The translations under genes were made by a program, and so were the position numbers. From Calidithermus chliarophilus DSM 9957 (lineage in GTDB: Bacteria > Deinococcota > Deinococci > Deinococcales > Thermaceae): DNA of 64,000 nt. Below are positions 1 through 10,170 of this stretch, piece by piece (the stretch's first letter is position 1; each line of letters starts with the position of its first letter). The stretch covers positions 74,844-138,843 of the forward strand of contig NZ_KE387026.1 in the NCBI RefSeq assembly GCF_000430045.1, in the 5' to 3' direction. Under the pieces are notes generated by a model. That model was not told the DNA's origin. It saw only the letters and a program-made list of their open reading frames with translations, and did no database searches.

Positions 1-13
1 TTAGAATGGCACC

Positions 14-2485
14 GTGTTAGGTCTGCGGCCCGGTCTGCGAAGGCTCCTCCGAACCGCTCCCCGGCTGGTGGTGGCTCCCGCCGGGGTGGGGTTCGGGCAG
101 CAGGTGCTGGCGCTGTGGGCCCGCCGCAACAACCGCCGGATCGTGACCTCCCCGGCAGACCTCAGCCGCGAACCCTGCCTCTTCATCCCCCGAAGACGCC
201 GTGACCTGGAGTCCGTCCACCCCGGCTGCCCCGGCGAGGCCCTGTTCCTGCACGAAACCGACCTCATCTACACCAAGGCCGAGTGGCTAGGGGCTCTCGC
301 CACCGCCCGCGAAGGCTACGCCGAGGAAAGCTACCGCCTGAGCCAGGGCTGGCCCGAGGGCCTGCTGATCGCGGCCCAGCTCGCCAAGCGCCCCGACGTT
401 TTCTGCCTCCTCGAGCACCCCCTCACCCGCGCCCACCTGGGCCGCTTCCTCCCCCAGGACCTCCCGCGCGAGGCCCTGACCCGGCTGGCCTCGAGCCCCG
501 TCCTGGTCCCCGAGCTCTACGGCCTGCTCGAGCTCGAGGCCGAGCTCATCGCCGAACTCTACGACCGGGGCCTCCTCTACGCCGCCGACCAGGGCTACCG
601 CCTGCCCGCCCTGCTGCGCCGGCTCCTTTTCCGCCCCCTGTCGCCCGAGCGGGCGCTCGAGGTGGCCCAGATTTTGAGCTCGAGGCACCTCGAGCCCGCG
701 CTGGAAATTCTCGGCGAACACGGGCTATGGGAGGCGTACCTCGAGCGGATCGTCGAGACCTACATGCCGAGGACGGGACCACACGCCCTACAGGAGCACT
801 TGAACAGAGTCCCCCCGAACTATCGGTATCACGAAATCTTCCGATACCTCGTAGCCCTGGCACAACGCTCATCCGGCGATATAGAGCCTGCCATCGAGCA
901 GTTCGAAAAGCTGCTCGAGGCCGCCTCTCCCAAGTTCCAGCTATGGGTCATTAACGCTTTGGGGGTTGCCTACGGTATGCGGGGTGACTTCTCGAGATCG
1001 ATCGAGCTTCTTAGTGATGGGGTGAGTAAATCCACCCGTTCTCCGCTCCAGGGCCATCTCTTGCATAATCTTGGCATTGCCTTACTACACACCCACCGTT
1101 ACAGCGCCGGTGCTGAGTACCTAGCAAATGCCATTTCGATATACCGCGAGCTGGGAAACTCCACTGAGGAGTCCTCCAGCACCGAGAACCTGATAAATGC
1201 AAAAGTCTTTGCGGGTTACCCCCTACGGGCGTTAGGCGAATTCCAGCAATTGCGGCCTATTCACCAGAGCTCGATCATCCACGCCAACCTCGGCAGAATT
1301 CACCTGATGCTAGGGGAGCTCGACAAAGCCAAGGAGATTACCCTGAACGCCAGGAACAAGGCTCGAGAGATCGGCAACTCCCGCATGGAGAAGTATGCCG
1401 ACGTAATCCGCGCTCAGGTAGCCTACCTTGAGAACGATCTGATCCTGGCTCGCCAGTTGTCCGCCTCTGTCATTGAAACCTTTCCGGAAGCCAACGTACG
1501 GGGAGAGGCTCACTTAGTAATGAGTCAGGTTGAATTCCGGCGTGGGAACCGCAAGGCCGCCAAAGAGCACTTGGCTCGAGCCGCCAACATCACCTTCGGC
1601 TATAAGACCGAGGCCGTGCGCCAGGGGCTGAGCCCCCTCGAGCCCACCCTCGAGGAGGCCCGCGAGGCGGGGGCGATGTTCGACGTGGCGCAGTTGCTCA
1701 TGCTCAAAGGGGATCTGGAGTCGTTGCGGGAAGCCCTCAGCCTGTGCCAGCAGAACGGCTACGGGCTGCTCCTGAGGCACCCCTACTACAGCCACCACTG
1801 GCTGCCTTTGATCAAGGCCGACCCGTCGTGCTGGGCCGCCTTCCCGGTCACGGTCCAGACCTTCGGGGGGTTCAAGGTCTCCTTCCTGGGCAAGACGCTC
1901 ACCCTCGCCGACTTCCCGACCAAGAAGATCGCGGCCTTGCTGCTCGCCCTCGCCCTGCACGAGCGGCCGCAGAACCGGGAGGTGCTGGCCGAGCAGTTGT
2001 GGGGCGAGCTCAACAACCCGCTCGACTCGCTGCAGAATGCCGTCTCCAAGCTGCGGGGACTGCTCTTCCCCCAGCTCATCTGCTCGAGCAAGAGCCAGCT
2101 ATCCCTCAACTTCCCGGTCGTGCTCGACTACCGCGAGTTCGTCAAGCGGGCGAAAGCCTTCGTGGAAACCTCCGAGCCGGGGCTCGAGGACTTCATCCAG
2201 CGGCACAGCGAGCCCTGGCTCCCCGACCTGGCCGACCTCTTCCCCGTGGAGCGCTCCGAGGTCGAACGTTACCAGCACGAGTTGTGGACCCTGGTGGCCG
2301 AGCAGCAGGAGCAGGAGAACTCGCCCCTGGCGCTGGTGGCCTACCGCCACGCCCTCGCCCTCGACCCCTACTCCGAGCGCGCCTGGCAGGGGCTCATCGC
2401 GGCCTACGAACGCCTCGGCAACCCGGAGATGGCGGCCAAAGCGCGGCGCTGCATGGCCGAAGCCCTGCGCGAGCTGCGTGGCTGA
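14..2485 (+). CDS. Large transcriptional regulator: helical/TPR region followed by C-terminal winged-helix (OmpR/trans_reg_C-like) plus BTAD domain; no NTPase motif seen
   Basis: ORF bounded by in-frame TAG at 2-4, so the start is inside the window (GTG 14 or later). TPR-like repeats in residues ~250-520. C-terminal FGGFKVSFLGKTL...LLLALALHERPQNREVLAEQLWGE resembles SARP/AfsR winged HTH; the YRHALALDPYSERAWQGLIAAYERLG tail resembles BTAD. Domain order is reversed relative to classic SARPs. Confidence 0.6.
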   Translation: MLGLRPGLRRLLRTAPRLVVAPAGVGFGQQVLALWARRNNRRIVTSPADLSREPCLFIPRRRRDLESVHPGCPGEALFLHETDLIYTKAEWLGALATAREGYAEESYRLSQGWPEGLLIAAQLAKRPDVFCLLEHPLTRAHLGRFLPQDLPREALTRLASSPVLVPELYGLLELEAELIAELYDRGLLYAADQGYRLPALLRRLLFRPLSPERALEVAQILSSRHLEPALEILGEHGLWEAYLERIVETYMPRTGPHALQEHLNRVPPNYRYHEIFRYLVALAQRSSGDIEPAIEQFEKLLEAASPKFQLWVINALGVAYGMRGDFSRSIELLSDGVSKSTRSPLQGHLLHNLGIALLHTHRYSAGAEYLANAISIYRELGNSTEESSSTENLINAKVFAGYPLRALGEFQQLRPIHQSSIIHANLGRIHLMLGELDKAKEITLNARNKAREIGNSRMEKYADVIRAQVAYLENDLILARQLSASVIETFPEANVRGEAHLVMSQVEFRRGNRKAAKEHLARAANITFGYKTEAVRQGLSPLEPTLEEAREAGAMFDVAQLLMLKGDLESLREALSLCQQNGYGLLLRHPYYSHHWLPLIKADPSCWAAFPVTVQTFGGFKVSFLGKTLTLADFPTKKIAALLLALALHERPQNREVLAEQLWGELNNPLDSLQNAVSKLRGLLFPQLICSSKSQLSLNFPVVLDYREFVKRAKAFVETSEPGLEDFIQRHSEPWLPDLADLFPVERSEVERYQHELWTLVAEQQEQENSPLALVAYRHALALDPYSERAWQGLIAAYERLGNPEMAAKARRCMAEALRELRG

Positions 2486-2572
2486 GCGGTTTTGGTTTCA
2501 TTTTAGGCCCGGGCTATAGGCTCTAGTCGAGTAGCTCCGCGGATCGCTCGAGCTACCGCTTTCGGAGGAGCA

Positions 2573-2860
2573 ATGGCTTCGGACCAAGTGAACTTCGTGA
2601 TCTGCTTCGAGGATGCCGGTCAACCCTTCGAGATCCTGCTCTCCCCCAAGGAAGCGCCCCGGCTCTCCCGGGCGTTGTGCCGTGCCGAACAGCTGTGCGA
2701 ACAGATGGGCTGGCGATTGCTGCGCGTGGAGGACCGGCAGAGCGGCGAGGCGCTCGAGCCCTGCCCCCGGTGCCTGGAGGAAGAGGCCCGCGGCCGGGTG
2801 TGCACCTACTGCCAGGGCAACGCCTACGTCCCGACGCGGCCCGCCGAGCACGCGGCCTAG
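2573..2860 (+). CDS. Small Cys4 zinc-ribbon-like protein (hypothetical)
   Basis: 95 aa with CPRC...CTYC motif pair; GGAGG RBS 8 nt upstream (2557-2563); tail-to-tail with murJ with zero gap. Confidence 0.5.
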   Translation: MASDQVNFVICFEDAGQPFEILLSPKEAPRLSRALCRAEQLCEQMGWRLLRVEDRQSGEALEPCPRCLEEEARGRVCTYCQGNAYVPTRPAEHAA

Positions 2861-4339
2861 CTAGCGCAGCCGCAGCGGCAGGCGCAGCACCCGCGCGAAG
2901 ACCACGAAGGCCGTCAGCCCCACCAGCCCCCCCAGCGCCAGGGGGGGCAAGTTGTCGAGGAAGAGGGCGGGCGTGCCGAAGGGCCGGGCCGCCACGTAGG
3001 CCAGGAACCCGGCCGGGGCCGCCGCCGCCGCGACGCGCAGCAGGAGTTCCAGCAGCCAGCGCAGCGAGAGGATCGAGAGCCGCTCGAGCCGTACCCCGTA
3101 GGCCAGCAGCCCGACCAGGCCCGCGGCCGCCGTCGAGAGGTTGAGCCAGAACAGCCCCGCGTCGCGCAACAGCCAGTAGCCCAGGGTGTTGAGGCCGAAG
3201 ATGACCACCGACACCTGCACGGCCCGCCGGATCTCGTTGGCGGCGTAGAACGCCCGCAGCATGAGCTGGTTGACCCCCCACGGCAGCAGCGCGAGGCCGT
3301 AGGCCAGCAGCACCGCCACCGTGAACTCCCGCACCCGGGGGTCGAGGCCGCCGAAGGAGAAGATGGCGCCCACGATCCAGGGGGCCAGGGCCACCATCAT
3401 GGCCCCGGCGAAGCCCAGCAGCACGGCGAGGCGGGGGATGGAGCGCTCGAGCAGCCCCCGCATCCCCGCGTAGTCCTGGGCGGCGCCCATCTGGGTCAGG
3501 CGGGGGTAGAGGGCCATCGCGGGCGAGACGGCCAGGATGCCCAGGGCGGTCTGGAAGATCACCTCGGCGTTGATGAAGGCGGTCTGGGCCCCCACCGCGT
3601 AGCGGGTGAGGACGTTGGTGAGCACCAGGTTGAGGAACTGGCGCAGGCTGGTGGTGAAGGCGAAGGGCCCCATGCGCCACAGGGCGTCGCGGATGGCCGG
3701 GTGGCTCCTGAACTCCACCCCGAAGCCGCGGAGCGAGGGCAGCAGCACGGCCGCCTGGACCAAAGCGCCCAGGGTGTAGGACAGGGCCAGCGCGGTGGCG
3801 CTCCCCGGCCAGACCAGCATGACCGCGATGGACACCACGTTGAGCGCCAGCGGCGCGAAGGCCACCGCCCCGAAGCGCTCCTGCGACTGCAGGAAGGCCG
3901 AGAACAGCGCGGCCATCGAGATGAACAGCAGGAAGGGCATCACCAGCCGGATCTGGTAGACCAGGAGGTCGAAGTTGGGGCCCTGGGCGTAGGGGCTCGA
4001 GGCGTCCACCAGCCAGCCCGCGACGGCGGGGGCCAGCAGCAGCCCCGCGCCCAGCAGCAGCAGGTTCAGCGTCAGCAGCAGCGCGGCGAAGCGGCGCTTG
4101 AAGACCTCCCCCTCGCCGGCGGGGAGGCCGCTGAGCACGGGCACCAAGGCGTTGGTGACGGCCCCCTCGGCCACCAGCTCGCGGAAGAGGTTAGGGACGC
4201 GGGTGGCGATGTTGAAGGCGTCGGTGAGCAGGGGCGGGAAGAGGTTGTTGATGACGATCTGGCGCACCAGGCCCAGCACCCGGCTCGAGAAGGTGCCCAG
4301 CATGGTGATGGCGGCGTTGCGCAGGATTCGGCTCGACAA
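2861..4339 (-). CDS. murJ: Lipid II flippase MurJ/MviN
   Basis: N-terminus MSSRILRNAAITMLGTFSSRVLGLVRQIVINNLF is the canonical MurJ start; multi-TM, 492 aa. Confidence 0.9.
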   Translation of the reverse strand: MSSRILRNAAITMLGTFSSRVLGLVRQIVINNLFPPLLTDAFNIATRVPNLFRELVAEGAVTNALVPVLSGLPAGEGEVFKRRFAALLLTLNLLLLGAGLLLAPAVAGWLVDASSPYAQGPNFDLLVYQIRLVMPFLLFISMAALFSAFLQSQERFGAVAFAPLALNVVSIAVMLVWPGSATALALSYTLGALVQAAVLLPSLRGFGVEFRSHPAIRDALWRMGPFAFTTSLRQFLNLVLTNVLTRYAVGAQTAFINAEVIFQTALGILAVSPAMALYPRLTQMGAAQDYAGMRGLLERSIPRLAVLLGFAGAMMVALAPWIVGAIFSFGGLDPRVREFTVAVLLAYGLALLPWGVNQLMLRAFYAANEIRRAVQVSVVIFGLNTLGYWLLRDAGLFWLNLSTAAAGLVGLLAYGVRLERLSILSLRWLLELLLRVAAAAAPAGFLAYVAARPFGTPALFLDNLPPLALGGLVGLTAFVVFARVLRLPLRLR

Positions 4340-4402
4340 GGTAGCACCAACCCAAGCGGCTATTGTATGCCTTCCGGGGCACTTTGGCGCTACGGCCCGC
4401 CT

Positions 4403-7147
4403 TCAATTGTCCGACCAGCGGATCTTGCTGCCCGCCGGGCTCTTCTCCACCCGCAGCCGCGCGGGCAGGCGCTCGGCGAGGGCTTCGACGTGGGTGACCA
4501 CCCCCACCAGCCGGCCCTGGGTGGGGAGGGCCTCGAGCACGCCCGCAACCTGCTCGAGGGTCTCCACGTCGAGCGTGCCGAAGCCCTCGTCGAGGAAGAG
4601 CGCGCCCATGCGGCCTTTGGAGAGGTGTTCGGAGAGGGAGAGCGCCAGCGAGAGCGAGGCCAGGAAGCTCTCCCCGCCCGAGAGCGTGCGCACCGTGCGC
4701 ACCGACTCGGTCCAGCGGTCCTCCACGGCGTACTCGCTGTCCTCCAGGCGGAAGGCGTAGCGGCCTTGCGAGAGCTCGTTCATGAGCTCGCTGGCCCGCT
4801 GGAGCAGGCCCGACTGGTAGCGCTCGAGCAAGAAGTCCTGGAAGCGGTCGCCGCGCAGGTCGCGCTCCAGCCGCTCCCACACGTCCACCTCGCGCACCAG
4901 CTTGGCCTGCTGGCCCTCGAGCTCGCGCCGCTTCTGGAGCTGGGCCTCGGCGCGCTTGAGGTCGGCCTTGAGCCCCTCGGCCTTGCCGTGGGCGGCGCGG
5001 GCCGACTGGCGCAGGGTCTCCAGGGTCTCGCGCTGGAGGCGCAGCGCGGCCTCGTCCACGGGCTCGAGCCCCTTGAGCTCGTGTTCCAGGCGCTTGAGGC
5101 CCTCGGCGATGGCGATGCCCTCGCGCTGGTGCTCCTGGTGGCGCTGCTCGAGGGCGTGGCGCTCGGCGGGGCTCATGCGGGCGGCCTTCACGGCCTGGTG
5201 GTCGGCGAAGGCGGCCTCGGCCAGGAGCGAGAGCAGGCTGGCCTCGAGGCGCTCGAGGGCGCGGTGGCGCTCCTGGGCCACCTGGGTCTGGGCGGTGAGC
5301 TGGCGCTCGGCGTCGGAGCACTCCCTCTCCCGCTGCTGCAGCTCGGCGGCGAGGGCCTCGAGCTGGCGCTGGCGCTCCTGCAGCCGGGCGGCGTAGGCCG
5401 TCACCTCGAGGCCCCCCGTGGCGGCGCGGATCGCGGCGGCGAGCCCGGCCAGGCGGCGCTGGCGCTCCTGCTGGATGTCGGCGGCCTCGAGCCCGCCGGT
5501 GGCCTGGACGAGGGCCTCGAGCTGGCGCTGGAGGTCGTCGAGGTCCTGCTCCTGCTGGGCGAGGGCTTGCTGGGCCTGGGGGAGCTGTTCGCGCAGGGTC
5601 TTGAGCTGGCCCTGCTTGCCCTGGAAGTCCTCGCGCAGGCGCCGGAGGTTCTCCTCGGCCTCGCGCTCGGCCTGCTGGAGGCCCTGCAGGTTGAGCTCGA
5701 CCTCGGGGGGCAGTTGCGCCACCACCTGCGCGCACAGCGGGCAGGGCTCGCCCACGGCCAGCAGGTGGCGGTGGGCTTGGATGCCCGCTGCCCGCTCGGC
5801 GTCCTCGCGGCGCCGCCGGGCCTGCTCGTAGAGCTCGCGCGCGTCCTGGCCGAGCGTCTTGAGGGAGTCGAGCTCGAGGGTGAGGTCCCGGACCTGCTTG
5901 GTCTGGGCCTCCAGCGCCGACTGGGCCTGGGCGAAGCGGGATTGGGCCTGCTCAAGCAGCCGTTGCAGCCGCGCCCGCTCGCTCAGGCTGCGCTCGCCCT
6001 CGCGCAGGGCGTCGAGGCGGGCCTCGTCGAAGTCGAGGGGGTCGGGGTGGGACAGGCGCAGGTCGCCGCCGTAGCGCCGCAGCCGCTCGGACTGGTCCTT
6101 GAGCAGCGGGAGGCCGGCCAGCTCGAGCTTGACCTGCTCGAGCACGTTGCCGTCGTACTGCGCGCGCAGCCGCTCGACCTCGGCCCGGCTGCGCTCGAGG
6201 CCCTGCTGCAGGCGCACCAGGGCCCCCTGGGCGGTCTCGGCCTCGCGGCGGGCGGCCTCCACGCTCTCGACCTGCGGCCACACCCGCTCGGCCTGGTCGG
6301 CGCGCTCGAGCCGCTCGCGTAGGCGCGCCATCTCGGCCTGCTGGCCCTCCCAGTTGCGCTGGCGGCGGCGCAGCCCCTCGAGCTCGCTGAACTGCTCGTA
6401 GCGCTTGTGGGCCTCGGCCAAAGCCCGCTGGGCCTGCTCGGCCTCCCGGCTGAGCCGCGCCTCCTCGGCCTCGAGCCGCCCGATCTCGTCGCGCATGGCC
6501 TCCAGGCGGCCCTCCTCGGCCTCGGCGAGGCCCCGGAGCTCGCCGTCGATGAGGTTGAGCTTCTCCCGCGCCTCCTTGAGGTGCTCGCCCACCCGCTCGC
6601 GCATGTCGCGCAGGCGCTCGAGGCCGTAGAGCTTCATCAGCAGCTCGCGCCGCTCCTTGGGCACGCCGCGCAGGAAGAGGTCGAACTGCCCCTGCGGCAG
6701 CAGGATGGCCCGGGTGAAGGTGGTGAAGTCCATCCCCCCCAGCAGGCTCGTGACCTGGCTGTTGAGCGCGGCCACCTTCTCGGAGGCGGCGTGCATGCGC
6801 CAGTCGCCGCGCTCGAGGTACTCCAGGCGGCTCTGGTTCTCCTTGCCGATCACCCGCACCACGCGCCAGGTCTGGATCTGGCTCGAGGCGTCGGGGGAGG
6901 TGAACTCGAGCTCGATCTTGGCCTGCTCGGCCGCCGGGTGCCGCAGCGCGTCGTGGCCCTTGGCCCCCGCCCGGGGCGTCTCGCGGTAGAGCGCGAAGGT
7001 GATCGCGTCGAGCAGGGTGCTCTTCCCCGCCCCGGTGGGCCCGGTGATGGCGAAGAGCTCCACGTCGTCGAACTGGATCTCCTGGGGCTCGAGGTAGGGC
7101 CCGAAACCCTGCAGGCGCAGCTTGAGGGGCCTCATGAGGACCTCCAA
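4403..7147 (-). CDS. sbcC: DNA repair exonuclease SbcC (Rad50-like ATPase)
   Basis: N-terminal Walker A FAITGPTGAGKSTLLDAITFALY; long coiled-coil; C-terminal signature LSGGESFLASLSLALSLSE and D-loop LFLDEGFGTLD. Confidence 0.9.
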   Translation of the reverse strand: MEVLMRPLKLRLQGFGPYLEPQEIQFDDVELFAITGPTGAGKSTLLDAITFALYRETPRAGAKGHDALRHPAAEQAKIELEFTSPDASSQIQTWRVVRVIGKENQSRLEYLERGDWRMHAASEKVAALNSQVTSLLGGMDFTTFTRAILLPQGQFDLFLRGVPKERRELLMKLYGLERLRDMRERVGEHLKEAREKLNLIDGELRGLAEAEEGRLEAMRDEIGRLEAEEARLSREAEQAQRALAEAHKRYEQFSELEGLRRRQRNWEGQQAEMARLRERLERADQAERVWPQVESVEAARREAETAQGALVRLQQGLERSRAEVERLRAQYDGNVLEQVKLELAGLPLLKDQSERLRRYGGDLRLSHPDPLDFDEARLDALREGERSLSERARLQRLLEQAQSRFAQAQSALEAQTKQVRDLTLELDSLKTLGQDARELYEQARRRREDAERAAGIQAHRHLLAVGEPCPLCAQVVAQLPPEVELNLQGLQQAEREAEENLRRLREDFQGKQGQLKTLREQLPQAQQALAQQEQDLDDLQRQLEALVQATGGLEAADIQQERQRRLAGLAAAIRAATGGLEVTAYAARLQERQRQLEALAAELQQRERECSDAERQLTAQTQVAQERHRALERLEASLLSLLAEAAFADHQAVKAARMSPAERHALEQRHQEHQREGIAIAEGLKRLEHELKGLEPVDEAALRLQRETLETLRQSARAAHGKAEGLKADLKRAEAQLQKRRELEGQQAKLVREVDVWERLERDLRGDRFQDFLLERYQSGLLQRASELMNELSQGRYAFRLEDSEYAVEDRWTESVRTVRTLSGGESFLASLSLALSLSEHLSKGRMGALFLDEGFGTLDVETLEQVAGVLEALPTQGRLVGVVTHVEALAERLPARLRVEKSPAGSKIRWSDN

Positions 7148-7241
7148 GAGGTCTGCTCAACGCCGAACGCCGAACGCCGAACGCCAAGGCGTCTCGCGTT
7201 TAGCGTTTTGCGTCTGGCGTCTGGCGTACGACGCAGGGCCC
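7148..7241. repeat. Heptamer tandem tracts in inverted orientation (CGCCGAA x4 then GCGTYTG x6) between sbcD and sbcC
   Basis: Direct reading: acgccgaacgccgaacgccgaacgccaag followed by gcgtctcgcgtttagcgttttgcgtctggcgtctggcg; the same heptamer family recurs at 8470, 40945, 44775, 46340 and 55815. Confidence 0.7.
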
Positions 7242-8396
7242 TCATAGCCCCTCCCCCGCGTGGACTTCCTCGTAGACCTGCTGGAAAGCCCGCAGCAGGC
7301 TCTCTTCGGGCTCGGCGGCGTAGGTTTCGCGGGAGTACTCGGTGTAGGCCTCGAGCCAGTCCCACTCCTCCTGCACGGGCAGGGCTTTGCGGGGGCGCTC
7401 GAGCTCGGGGAGCTCGAAGACCACGTCGAGCAGGTGGGGGAAGCGGCGGAAGAGGTCCTCGCGCAGGCGGGGGTTGCCGCGGCCCTCGATGACGAGCTTG
7501 GCCCAGCCGGGGAAGGTGGCGAGCTCCTCGAGGCGGCGGTCGAGGTCTTCGACCTTGACCTTGAAGCTGCGCAGGGGCTTGCCCCAGCGCTCGTTGACCT
7601 GCGTGACCTTAGGCGGAACGCCGGGCTCGAGCTCGACGATCAGGGCCCCGCGCGGGGCGTTCTCCCCCTCGCCGAAGTCGAGCTGCACCAGCGAGCCCGG
7701 GTACCAGGCCACCGGGGCTTCCGCGACCTGCTGCTGGCGGTGGATGTGGCCCAGCGCCACGTAAGAGAGCTGCGAGGGGAAGGCCGACTTCTCGACGGCG
7801 TAGCTGTTGGTGCAGTGGAACTCGAACTCACCCCCGCCCAGGCGGCTGCCCTCGACGGTGAGGTGGGCGAGCATGAGGTTGACGCCGGAGTTGAGCTCGG
7901 TGGAGAGATTGGCGAAGACCCGCTTCATGCCCTCGGAGTAAGCACCCTTCCACAGCGTGCCGTCGCCCTCGAGCAGCATCTGGGCCTTGACCAGCCGCCG
8001 CTCGGAGAGGAAGGGCAGCATGGCCGCCCGTCCCCCCGCCATCTCGACCACGCCGCCCCGCCCGGCCAGCTTGACCTCGCCGCGCACGGTGGCCCCGGCG
8101 AGCGAGAGCAGGGGCGAGAGGGCCTCGAGGCGGTCCCTCGAGTCGTGGTTCCCGGCGATCACCAGCGCCGGGACCTTCATCTCCTGCAGGCGGTAGAAAA
8201 AGCTGAAGGCGGCCCCCTCGGCCTCGGTGGTCACCTGCGGCCGGTCGAAGAGGTCGCCCGAGACCAACACCAAGTCGATGCGCTCGGAACGGACGAGCCT
8301 GAGCAGCTCCTCGAGCGCCGCCGCGATCTCGGCCGTGCGCTCGGTGCCCTTGAGCAGTTTGCCCAGGTGCCAATCGGCGGTGTGCAGAATCCGCAT
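7242..8396 (-). CDS. sbcD: DNA repair exonuclease SbcD (Mre11-like phosphoesterase)
   Basis: MRILHTADWHLGK...LVSGDLFD metallophosphatase motifs. Confidence 0.9.
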   Translation of the reverse strand: MRILHTADWHLGKLLKGTERTAEIAAALEELLRLVRSERIDLVLVSGDLFDRPQVTTEAEGAAFSFFYRLQEMKVPALVIAGNHDSRDRLEALSPLLSLAGATVRGEVKLAGRGGVVEMAGGRAAMLPFLSERRLVKAQMLLEGDGTLWKGAYSEGMKRVFANLSTELNSGVNLMLAHLTVEGSRLGGGEFEFHCTNSYAVEKSAFPSQLSYVALGHIHRQQQVAEAPVAWYPGSLVQLDFGEGENAPRGALIVELEPGVPPKVTQVNERWGKPLRSFKVKVEDLDRRLEELATFPGWAKLVIEGRGNPRLREDLFRRFPHLLDVVFELPELERPRKALPVQEEWDWLEAYTEYSRETYAAEPEESLLRAFQQVYEEVHAGEGL

Positions 8397-8469
8397 TGCC
8401 GTATTAGGTTACTCCATACAGGCGTGGGCAGAAAGCTGGGGGCGATGCTTTTGGGGTGAACGCTGGGCG

Positions 8470-8672
8470 CGGGTTGTACGTCGTACGTCCTACGTCGTAC
8501 GCCAAACGCCAGACGCAAAACGCAAGACGCAAGACGCCAGACGCCCTTTGTTTACCCCCCTTAGCAAGGGGGGCAGGGGGGATAAACCCTCCCCGCGTGC
8601 GGGGAGGGAAGGGGTGGGGTTTACCACGAACTGACGGCTGATGGCTGACCGCTGACGGCTTACCGCTTCCCC
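8470..8672. repeat. Composite intergenic repeat, copy A (GTACGTC/ACGCMAG heptamers + TTAGCAAGGGGGG module with 10-bp perfect hairpin CCCTCCCCGC/GCGGGGAGGG + GCTGAC tract)
   Basis: Sequence seen directly; homologous composite copies at 46225-46420 (inverted) and 55775-55985. Confidence 0.75.
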
Positions 8673-9380
8673 TCACCAACACAGCGCTTCCGTATACGAC
8701 TCGAGCCCGAAGTGGTGGATCACCCGTTCGACCCGGCCCACCTTGCCGTCGAAGCCGAGGCCGTGGGCGAAGAGTTCGACGCCGGGGGTCAGGCAGGGTT
8801 GGAGGCCCTCGAGCCGGACTTTAGCCTGGTGGACGTAGTACTCGGCCAGCGGGACCTTCTCGGCGTAGACGGGCCAGGTCTCCTCGCCCACCCACACCAG
8901 GCCCTTGTTGTCCATGCGCCAGGTCTTGTTGAGGTTGACCATCAGCGCCTCGAGGGCCTGGTAGGCCAGCCCCTCCTGGCGGAGCCAGTTGGGCAGCACC
9001 ACGCTGCTCTCCACGTTGCCCACGCGCTCGCCCACCTCGGCCAGCAGGTCTTCGATGACCTCGGCGGCGCGCGCCCGGCCGTAGTGCTTGGCCTCGACGT
9101 TGCGCGAGAGCCCGCCGGTGCCCCCTACCAGCCGCAGCCGCCACAGGCCCTGGTCCTCGAGCACCGAGAGCACGCTCATGTAGAACTCGGGGCCGTACTC
9201 GAGGTCGAGCACCACCGGCTGGCCGGGCTCGGGCCTCGAGGCCGCGGGGCTGGCCTTCAGGATCATCTCGGCCACCGGGCGGCCGATGCGCGGCAGCACG
9301 ATGCGCCCGCTCAGGACCGGGCGGTAGTTGAGCAGCAGCGAGGAGGCGGGGAACTCTCGAGTGGGGCTGGGGAGTCGCAT
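8673..9380 (-). CDS. Hypothetical protein upstream of sbcDC (same strand)
   Basis: Start chosen at ATG 9380 (MRLPSPTREF...). No recognisable motifs. A perfect TATAAT -10 box lies at 9400-9405 on the coding (minus) strand. Confidence 0.45.
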   Translation of the reverse strand: MRLPSPTREFPASSLLLNYRPVLSGRIVLPRIGRPVAEMILKASPAASRPEPGQPVVLDLEYGPEFYMSVLSVLEDQGLWRLRLVGGTGGLSRNVEAKHYGRARAAEVIEDLLAEVGERVGNVESSVVLPNWLRQEGLAYQALEALMVNLNKTWRMDNKGLVWVGEETWPVYAEKVPLAEYYVHQAKVRLEGLQPCLTPGVELFAHGLGFDGKVGRVERVIHHFGLESYTEALCW

Positions 9381-9472
9381 AGGCCGTGAGGCAGCGCAAT
9401 TATACGCACCCGCAGCATAATCTACGCCGTGACTAAAGCATATCTGAAGAGCAGCCGGAATAAAACCGCCGC

Positions 9473-9502
9473 TTGACGGGAGCACGGGGGGCGGCGTACC
9501 CT
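9473..9502 (+). promoter_or_regulatory. Putative sigma-A promoter of the pyr operon (TTGACG -18- TACCCT)
   Basis: -35 at 9473-9478, -10 at 9497-9502, about 50 nt upstream of the leader peptide RBS. Confidence 0.45.
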
Positions 9503-9517
9503 GGACCAGACCTTTAA

Positions 9518-10165
<648 letters not shown>

Positions 10166-10170
10166 TCGCG

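Noticed and set aside
3701-6322. 873-aa plus-strand ORF (and many other 100-900-aa ORFs such as 2553..3680-, 4191..5735-, 5952..7187-, 12948..14375+, 14668..16107+, 16985..18406+, 20730..22115+, 23016..24443+, 29019..30947+, 35723..37201+, 38240..40879-, 40910..42496+, 59062..60702+)
   Set aside because: These are antisense or out-of-frame shadows of real genes in ~70% GC DNA. They are Ala/Arg/Gly/Pro-rich low-complexity translations with no motifs, and fully overlap well-supported genes.
8470-8672. Possible CRISPR array suggested by short-period tandem repeats
   Set aside because: Units are 6-7 bp tandem tracts without unique spacers of 25-40 bp; no cas genes; the architecture fits a dispersed intergenic repeat family instead.
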